Positions 58,192-64,000 of a DNA stretch of 64,000 bases are shown here, piece after piece (positions within the stretch are counted from its first letter, which is position 1; every line of letters begins with the position of its first letter). The translations under genes and the position numbers were made by a program. This stretch comes from a virus. The notes under the pieces were generated by a model. It had not been told where the DNA came from and ran no database searches. It was given only the letters and a program-made list of their open reading frames with translations. The DNA lies in IMG/VR virus record IMGVR_UViG_3300034073_003245, positions 21,717 to 85,716 of that record; one strand, 5' to 3'.

Positions 58192-59526
58192 ATGTCAGAT
58201 CAAGCAAGACTAGGCGAACTTCAGGCGGCGCTCCGCCAGAAGATGGCAGACAACAAGGCCATCGCGGATTCGTTCCGCGTTGAGGATGGCACCGTTGTTG
58301 TGTCAACGCAGCAGAAGAGCGCCTTTGACAAGAACATGCAGGACATCAAGGAAATCAAGGGCCTCATTGAGGGCATTGAGGCCATGAACACCGTGGAGCA
58401 GTGGGGCTCAGAGGCCCCAGCAGAGTCAGTCGCCGCTGCGGCTGCCGCTGGCTACTCGGTGAAGGGTCTTGACCGTTCCGCTTCGGTTGGCGAACTGTTC
58501 CTTGCCTCGGCAGAGTTCAAGTCGCTGAACGGCGGTCGTAACGGCGCAAACATGCCTTCGCCATTCCAGTTGGGCGCTTCGCTCACCACGCACGGCGCTT
58601 ACAACGTGAAGGACGTCTACTCGGCAATTCCATCAGGTACGCCAGGATCGTTCGGCACCATCCAGCGTGACCCAATCGTCGTTCCTCCAATGCGAGTGAA
58701 GAGAGTGCGCGACCTGTTCCCAACCCGCACCACCACGGCTGCGGTGATTGAGTACTTCCGCATGCTCGGCTTCACCACCGCTGGTGGCGGCACGAACAAT
58801 GCTGCGACAGTCGCTGAGCGCAACTCGGGCAACACGGCGTTTGCCGCGAAGCCACAGTCGGGAATGGTGTTTGAGGGCCATCAGGCTCCAGTGCGCACGA
58901 TTGCTCACTGGGAGGCTGCGCACCGCAACGTCCTGGCCGACGAGCCACAACTTCGGTCAATCATTGACAACGAGTTGATGTACGGCCTGCGCCTGCAGGA
59001 AGATGCCCAGATCCTCTCTGGCGACGGCACTGGTGAGAACCTGACCGGCGTTCTTGAGACCTCAGGCATCCAGGAGTACAACTGGTCATCAGGCGCCACT
59101 CTTCCAGTGGCGGACACTAAGGCTGATGCGATCCGTCGTGCGGCTACCCTCTCGTTCCTGGCTTACTACGAGCCATCAGGCGTGGTTCTCCACCCGAACG
59201 ACTGGGAAGACATTGAGTTGACCAAGGACTCGCAGGGCCAGTACCTGGTCGCCGTGTCCGTGGCACTCGGTGGCGAGCCTCGCGTGTGGAGACTGCCAGT
59301 CGTTGAGACCCCAGCAATCCCAGAGGGAACCGCTCTCGTCGGTGCCTTCGGTACGGGCGCGCAACTCTACGACCGCGAGCAGGCGAGCATCCGCATCTCC
59401 GAGCAGCACTCAGACTTCTTCGTCCGCAACGCCATCGTGGTGCTCGCTGAGCAGCGCCTGGCCCTCGCGGTGAAGCGTCCAGAGTCGTTCGTGAAGGTGA
59501 ACTTTGACGGAGCACCAACCGTCTGA
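58192..59526 (+). CDS. major capsid protein (HK97 fold)
   Basis: N-terminal delta-like region; VRDLFP, VRTIAHW, QILSGDGTGENLTG, VLHPNDW and FVRN...LAEQR.AL.V.RP.SF; GC3-rich codons. Confidence 0.95.
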   Translation: MSDQARLGELQAALRQKMADNKAIADSFRVEDGTVVVSTQQKSAFDKNMQDIKEIKGLIEGIEAMNTVEQWGSEAPAESVAAAAAAGYSVKGLDRSASVGELFLASAEFKSLNGGRNGANMPSPFQLGASLTTHGAYNVKDVYSAIPSGTPGSFGTIQRDPIVVPPMRVKRVRDLFPTRTTTAAVIEYFRMLGFTTAGGGTNNAATVAERNSGNTAFAAKPQSGMVFEGHQAPVRTIAHWEAAHRNVLADEPQLRSIIDNELMYGLRLQEDAQILSGDGTGENLTGVLETSGIQEYNWSSGATLPVADTKADAIRRAATLSFLAYYEPSGVVLHPNDWEDIELTKDSQGQYLVAVSVALGGEPRVWRLPVVETPAIPEGTALVGAFGTGAQLYDREQASIRISEQHSDFFVRNAIVVLAEQRLALAVKRPESFVKVNFDGAPTV

Positions 59527-59547
59527 TTAAGACCGCTCCTTAGGCAG

Positions 59548-59584
59548 GACCCCGGGGAACCCAAGTAGGGAACCCCGGGGTTTT
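59548..59584 (+). terminator. rho-independent terminator after MCP
   Basis: ACCCCGGGG-AA-CCC-AAGTA-GGG-AA-CCCCGGGGT stem followed by a T run. Confidence 0.8.
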
Positions 59585-59635
59585 GCATATATCGGATAGA
59601 ATAATAAAAAGTCAAATTAAGAATGGAAATTAAAA

Positions 59636-59803
59636 GTGCCACGCGGTAACAAAGACGACCACTTTGACGAGTATGTTAAATACGTCCAAAACTCAAGAGG
59701 CGTTCCTGACGAGTTTGATGTTTGGGCTCTTGATAACGGGATAAAATTGCCACCCAAGAAGCAGAAAAGAGAGCAAAGAGACGACGATGACTACGCCGAG
59801 TGA
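59636..59803 (+). CDS. hypothetical protein (55 aa)
   Basis: Not in ORF track; GTG start, MPRGNKDDHFDEYVKYVQNSRG...DDDDYAE. Confidence 0.45.
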   Translation: MPRGNKDDHFDEYVKYVQNSRGVPDEFDVWALDNGIKLPPKKQKREQRDDDDYAE

Positions 59804-59948
59804 AGACATCTTCAAGGAAAAACCAGAAGATGTGAGAAAGATCCTAAAAGATATCTCTATCGGAATGAGCGCCGAAGAGTTGATGAAAATTGAAAAGAAC
59901 ATCAATGTTGACAAGATCAACAGCGCCGACAACCCCTGGAGAAATTGA
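59787..59948 (+). CDS. hypothetical protein (53 aa)
   Basis: Not in ORF track; MTTPSEDIFKEKPEDVRK...NPWRN; TGATG overlap with the next gene. Confidence 0.5.
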   Translation: MTTPSEDIFKEKPEDVRKILKDISIGMSAEELMKIEKNINVDKINSADNPWRN

Positions 59949-60127
59949 TGCATTACGACCCTAGCGCCGACCCAAAAGTTATTGCAAAGGCAAGGCAGCA
60001 GGAACAAGACGGCACAAAAAAGGCTCAGCAGGCAATGATCCTTACTGGGTTCATGCCAATAGAAGAGGTCTTTGAGAAGATGTTCGGAGCAAAGTTGGAG
60101 ATAGACGAAGAGGACACGAACGTATGA
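59948..60127 (+). CDS. hypothetical protein
   Basis: Coupled to both neighbours. Confidence 0.5.
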   Translation: MHYDPSADPKVIAKARQQEQDGTKKAQQAMILTGFMPIEEVFEKMFGAKLEIDEEDTNV

Positions 60128-60816
60128 ATGCCATTATCAACATCTACGAAGACAGCAAATGGCCAGTTTTTGATCCCAAGTATGCCCTGGAACTAAAGAG
60201 CGAATACCCAGAAATCTGGGTCAAGGGCGGCGGTTCTGTTTCTGACTATGCAAACACAGTTCTTCTAGACATTATTGACAACGGCGGGATCGCGGAGACT
60301 CCTGAGCAAGTTGAAATACTTGAGATGAGAGAGGCCTACCTAAACCGGCAGGCAAAGAATCTTTCAGTCGCTGGAGACATAGGAAGAGTCAAGTGGCTGG
60401 GGACGCTTGATAGTGAATCCATTATGAAGAAGTCAATCAACCAGGAAGTTTCGCGCTTTCACCAGAGAAGTGAATGGATTGAGACCAAGTCCGCAAAACT
60501 AAGAGACCCAAAGGGTGGGCTTACTGCCGCCGGAAGAAAGCACTTCAAGAAAAAAGAAGGTGCGAATCTCAAGCCCGGCGTAAAGGGTCCTGCAAATACT
60601 CCGGAAAAGATGCGCCGCAAGGGATCATTTCTAACTAGATTTTTCACGAATCCTTCCGGTCCGATGACAGACGAAAAGGGCAGGCCAACACGGCTAGCGC
60701 TATCTGCCGCCGCATGGGGAGAGCCAGTCCCCAAGAATGCTGCCGACGCGGCGAAACTTGCGGCAAAGGGAAGAAGAATGCTTGAACGCTATGAGAGAAC
60801 AAAGAAGAAAAAATGA
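60124..60816 (+). CDS. two-domain head-associated protein with basic C-terminal domain (DUF6321-like)
   Basis: DPKGGLTAAGRKHF...RRKGSFLTRF...RLALSAAAWG, following an ETK-SA site. Confidence 0.6.
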   Translation: MNAIINIYEDSKWPVFDPKYALELKSEYPEIWVKGGGSVSDYANTVLLDIIDNGGIAETPEQVEILEMREAYLNRQAKNLSVAGDIGRVKWLGTLDSESIMKKSINQEVSRFHQRSEWIETKSAKLRDPKGGLTAAGRKHFKKKEGANLKPGVKGPANTPEKMRRKGSFLTRFFTNPSGPMTDEKGRPTRLALSAAAWGEPVPKNAADAAKLAAKGRRMLERYERTKKKK

Positions 60817-61085
60817 GCGACAACATTGACGGCCTCAAGAAGAGGCAGATTGAAATGTACGAAATGTTTGAGGAAATTGCCGAGAAGTACGGCAAGTGGG
60901 ACCAGGGCAACGGAGCAAACGGCGCCCACTATATGGATAAGCATCCATTTGTAAAAGACGGCATGGTTTGCTCTAATTGTTCCTTTTTTATTGGCGGAAG
61001 AGCATGTGAAATCGTATCTGGGGACATCGCCCCAGAAGCGATCTGCAAACTTTGGGTTATTAAAGAGTCTCTTCTTAAAAAGTAA
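60813..61085 (+). CDS. HiPIP-like 4-Cys protein
   Basis: CSNCSFF....CEIVSGDI.PEAICKLW. Confidence 0.6.
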   Translation: MSDNIDGLKKRQIEMYEMFEEIAEKYGKWDQGNGANGAHYMDKHPFVKDGMVCSNCSFFIGGRACEIVSGDIAPEAICKLWVIKESLLKK

Positions 61086-63131
61086 CTACTTAGAGTTCTC
61101 TTTTACAAACTTGACTTCACAGGCATCTGTTGTACAGTAAGCCTCTCCGATGGCGTCGTGCGCCATGCCGCCGTAAACGCCGGAGAAGTCAATCTCAAAC
61201 AACTCACCTATATATGAGTTGTACTCTTCTTCCGTGATTTGCGTGTACGGCATTTGCGGATACGTGTGGTTACCCTGAGGTAAAAACGAGACAGTCTTAA
61301 GTTGGCCGTCATACATATGGAGTACAGTGCCCACATGTTCCTTTTCTTTTTCCGCATCAAAAGAAATGGTAACAGAAACGGAGTTGTCCGACCAGTAACG
61401 CTGGGCGACTGCGGCAAGTGACATCTTTTCAAAGATTGTTACGTCAACTTCAGACCTGAGAGCGTCTGATTTGATAGGGAAGAAAACAACTGACGTAGTT
61501 TCCGGGGACTCGGAAGCCTGCTCAACCCTATAGTTGGCCATCTTGAAAAGCGGAAGCATCGGATCGTCGTTGGCAAACCTGATTGCCCGCAGGAAATAGC
61601 GGCCGCCTGGCGTCCAGTGAACACCGGGGGACTCGCCGGCAAGAATTGAAACAGTCCCAGATGGCTTGATAGTCGTCATCTTGATTGACTCACGAATTCC
61701 GAGCCACTCCGAGTAGAGGACATCATATGACTTCACCACTGAGTATCCCTGATCCATCCACTCGCGCAAAACTGGCATGCCACGGTTGTCGGCAAAGTTT
61801 GCAACACCCGACATTGACGCCCCAATGCGCCTATTGCGCTGCATGATCGCATTCGTCTCTTCCCAGTGTGTTGGGAGAAGAGTGACAGTCTTGGCATAAA
61901 GATACGCGAACTTCAGTGTGCGCTTGTAGTCGTCCAATGATTCGTGCCTATTGAGATACGTCTCAACCAGAGTGCAGCACTCATATGACTCAAGTGATTG
62001 TTCAGCACATGGGTTATATCCCGCAACTCGCCAGTCTTTGTTGTTTGCCGGGTCAGCGAGTCTGCCGTACTTTCTGGACATATCAAGCCAGATAACTCCA
62101 GGCTCTCCATTGAGGGCAATTCCATCAACGATATTGGAAAGGTCTGCGCCGACATGGGTTTCAACGGAGTTGTTTGACATCCAGCCCCAGCCGGGATTGT
62201 CGGAGTCATATGAGTTGCGTTCTGGAAAAACCGATGAATTCTTGAGGTTGAGGAAATCTTCGTCGTCGGCAGAGCCGATCAGAAGTTCCGCAGAGCGCCT
62301 GACGTTCCCAGAAACAACGCAAACGCCGATCATGTTGCCGATGTCTGCGATATCAACCTTTGTAAGTTTCTGGCCATCGCGTCCAGTGAACATCTTTCTG
62401 ATGTGGCTGTGCAATTTCTCAAGAGGGGCGGAACCCGCTGCTGTACCACCGAATGTCTTGATCGGAGTACCGGCAGGGCGTATTTGAGAGTAATCAAACT
62501 CAACAATGTTCTGGTCTGGCTTGAGGTATGAATTGAGGAGTAGGACGAGAGAGGAAACCCAACCCTCACGGCTGTCTTCAATCACTTCGGTAATCACGTC
62601 CTTCTTTGGCTCGCAAATAGTGAAGTCCTTCTCGGCTCCCTTGTTGTCAAAACCAACACCAACGCCAAGCATTGATGCCTCCATGAGGAATGCAAAAGGC
62701 TTGGCTGGATTGTTCTTTGTCATTTCGGCAGTGGAAACAAATGCGCAGTTCTGAAGGGCGGCGGAGTTCTTGTGAACGTTTACAAGCGGCGTACCCATAA
62801 CCCAAAGGCCGCGCCCAGGAGGTGTCCACTTCAGGTGGAACAATCTGTCAAAAGCCTCTTTTGCTGAAGCCTGTGCTTTAGCGTCATTCCATGGCAAACG
62901 GTTGGTCTTGCAGTGCTCTTTCTGCAGTGAGTACATGCCATTGATGACACGCTCGCACACATCAACCCAGGTTTCCTTTGTTCCGTCCTCCTTGAGTCTG
63001 GAATACGTGCGGAGGAACGTTATTTCACCAACAGAGTTGCCACCAACGTCGGAATAGCCAAAGGGTGGTTTTTTGTCCTTGTAACCAGAGACAAATTCCT
63101 CGCTAAGACGAAAAGAGAAAATAGAGGACAC
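61086..63131 (-). CDS. nrdJ: class II (adenosylcobalamin-dependent) ribonucleoside-triphosphate reductase
   Basis: PPGRGLW, ALQNC, VVSGNVRRSA, NPCAEQSL..YECCTL and TTIKPSGT motifs. Confidence 0.93.
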   Translation of the reverse strand: MSSIFSFRLSEEFVSGYKDKKPPFGYSDVGGNSVGEITFLRTYSRLKEDGTKETWVDVCERVINGMYSLQKEHCKTNRLPWNDAKAQASAKEAFDRLFHLKWTPPGRGLWVMGTPLVNVHKNSAALQNCAFVSTAEMTKNNPAKPFAFLMEASMLGVGVGFDNKGAEKDFTICEPKKDVITEVIEDSREGWVSSLVLLLNSYLKPDQNIVEFDYSQIRPAGTPIKTFGGTAAGSAPLEKLHSHIRKMFTGRDGQKLTKVDIADIGNMIGVCVVSGNVRRSAELLIGSADDEDFLNLKNSSVFPERNSYDSDNPGWGWMSNNSVETHVGADLSNIVDGIALNGEPGVIWLDMSRKYGRLADPANNKDWRVAGYNPCAEQSLESYECCTLVETYLNRHESLDDYKRTLKFAYLYAKTVTLLPTHWEETNAIMQRNRRIGASMSGVANFADNRGMPVLREWMDQGYSVVKSYDVLYSEWLGIRESIKMTTIKPSGTVSILAGESPGVHWTPGGRYFLRAIRFANDDPMLPLFKMANYRVEQASESPETTSVVFFPIKSDALRSEVDVTIFEKMSLAAVAQRYWSDNSVSVTISFDAEKEKEHVGTVLHMYDGQLKTVSFLPQGNHTYPQMPYTQITEEEYNSYIGELFEIDFSGVYGGMAHDAIGEAYCTTDACEVKFVKENSK

Positions 63132-63201
63132 CTTTAACTTCTTTCTGAACCAAAATAACGCTAGGGAATCAATAATACAGGAGTGCTGGCCCGTGCCTCA
63201 G

Positions 63202-63510
63202 TCAAAGAATTCCCAAATCACGAGCCTCGTCAACGGTCACGTAAGAGCCCTTGTGATGCTTGACAACTTTCGCTTTTGTGAACGGAGTGATTTGACGCTC
63301 TTCGTAGATTGTTTCCTCAATGAGGACTGTTTTTTCAACCATCAAGTTCTCAATCAACCCGCCAAGGCCTATTATTTTTTGCGGAGGAGGAGAGTCTCCG
63401 GTACAATCACCAGTCGGGTGACCACAGACTGGACAAGGAGAACGATCAGCCCTTATAATTGAAACGCTATCACCGAGTCTCTCAGTGTTTGGGTCTCGGA
63501 AGGCTGACAT
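63202..63510 (-). CDS. hypothetical protein with CxxCxH...C motif
   Basis: PCPVCGHPTGDC; leaderless-type promoter upstream. Confidence 0.6.
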   Translation of the reverse strand: MSAFRDPNTERLGDSVSIIRADRSPCPVCGHPTGDCTGDSPPPQKIIGLGGLIENLMVEKTVLIEETIYEERQITPFTKAKVVKHHKGSYVTVDEARDLGIL

Positions 63511-63516
63511 AAGACA

Positions 63517-63525
63517 ATCTTAACA
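63517..63525 (-). promoter_or_regulatory. extended -10 promoter (TGtTAAGAT), likely leaderless
   Basis: Hexamer ends 6 nt before ATG 63510. Confidence 0.5.
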
Positions 63526-63526
63526 C

Positions 63527-63598
63527 GCCCCCGTCGTCTACTGGTTAGGACCCGACTCTTATAAAGTCGTTAAGGTGGTTCAATTCCACCCGGGGGTA
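63527..63598 (+). tRNA. tRNA-Ile(UAU)
   Basis: Acceptor GCCCCCG/CGGGGGT; anticodon arm CGACT-CTTATAA-AGTCG (TAT at 63560-62); T-arm GGTGG-TTCAATT-CCACC; CCA not encoded. Confidence 0.88.
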
Positions 63599-64000
63599 CT
63601 AGTCCACAATTTGGACGTGAAAACCCATTTTTAAGAGCCGCTCAATGACCTCTGATTCATCATACTCTCCTAGGTAGTAGGTTTCATTGAGAGTTTTGTA
63701 GAGCATCGCCGGATAACTGCGGTCTCTTAGGACATTCATTGCCCCCTGTGGGTAAACACTGAGGCGACCGAAGTTCACTCTTTTCTTTTCCCCGTACTTA
63801 TAGGGGAGAGAAACAAGCGAAACCATCGGGGAAGTGTCTAGATGATCTTTGGGAATTTCAACATGCGTCACCGTAAGGCACTCATTTACCGTGTCGCCCT
63901 GCTCCACGAAAGCCTTGGCTAAATCAAGTCCTTTTGTTTTTGCGAGGTCGTTGGAACAGTAGCCTTCGGCAATCATGGAAATAGCGTCTACTTCCCAGTA
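63599..64000 (-). CDS. hypothetical protein, partial (5' end outside window)
   Basis: Frame open to the window end (YWEVDAISMIAEGY...). Confidence 0.55.
   Translation of the reverse strand, partial: YWEVDAISMIAEGYCSNDLAKTKGLDLAKAFVEQGDTVNECLTVTHVEIPKDHLDTSPMVSLVSLPYKYGEKKRVNFGRLSVYPQGAMNVLRDRSYPAMLYKTLNETYYLGEYDESEVIERLLKMGFHVQIVD

Noticed and set aside
30898-63131. Inteins or introns in terminase, RNR or the giant ORFs
   Set aside because: TerL and NrdJ have normal lengths and continuous motifs; no Hint-type C...HN|(C/S/T) signatures noticed.
1-64000. Alternative genetic code, and the many short antisense/overlapping ORFs in the track
   Set aside because: The standard code gives dense, coupled, full-length genes using all three stops; the shadow ORFs lack SDs and motifs and mirror real genes.

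Overview
This window is a 64-kb segment of a large tailed dsDNA phage with a contractile tail (myovirus-type) and an HK97-fold head. The host is probably an actinobacterium; this is an inference from leaderless-type promoters and gene families, not something shown directly. The minus strand (1-32205) carries tail-fibre cassettes, baseplate, tape measure, a frameshifting tail chaperone, tube, sheath and neck genes, a ParB / PAPS-reductase-like cassette, a recombination block (RuvC, HNH, Cas4/RecB-like, Rad52/Sak) and the terminase large subunit. The plus strand (32268-61085) carries the portal, about 23 kb of very large head-region proteins, the major capsid protein and small head-associated genes. 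The right end has a class II ribonucleotide reductase and a tRNA-Ile(UAU). The most striking feature lies between portal and capsid. The prohead protease is fused to a ~1800-aa extension, apparently gated by a -1 frameshift site (GGGAAAA plus a GC hairpin, with an early -1-frame stop). This extension and three other giant ORFs are punctuated by 17 copies of an (R)GM(A/R/S)S peptide motif encoded by varied codons. The motifs delimit effector-like domains (triple sigma70-r4-like HTH, zeta-toxin kinase, ART-like, HipA/PI3K-like kinase), and three of the proteins share a conserved DPNAxDGDxDG module. I interpret this as a candidate capsid-packaged, proteolytically processed polyprotein effector-delivery system. 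All family assignments come from motif recognition by eye; no searches were run.
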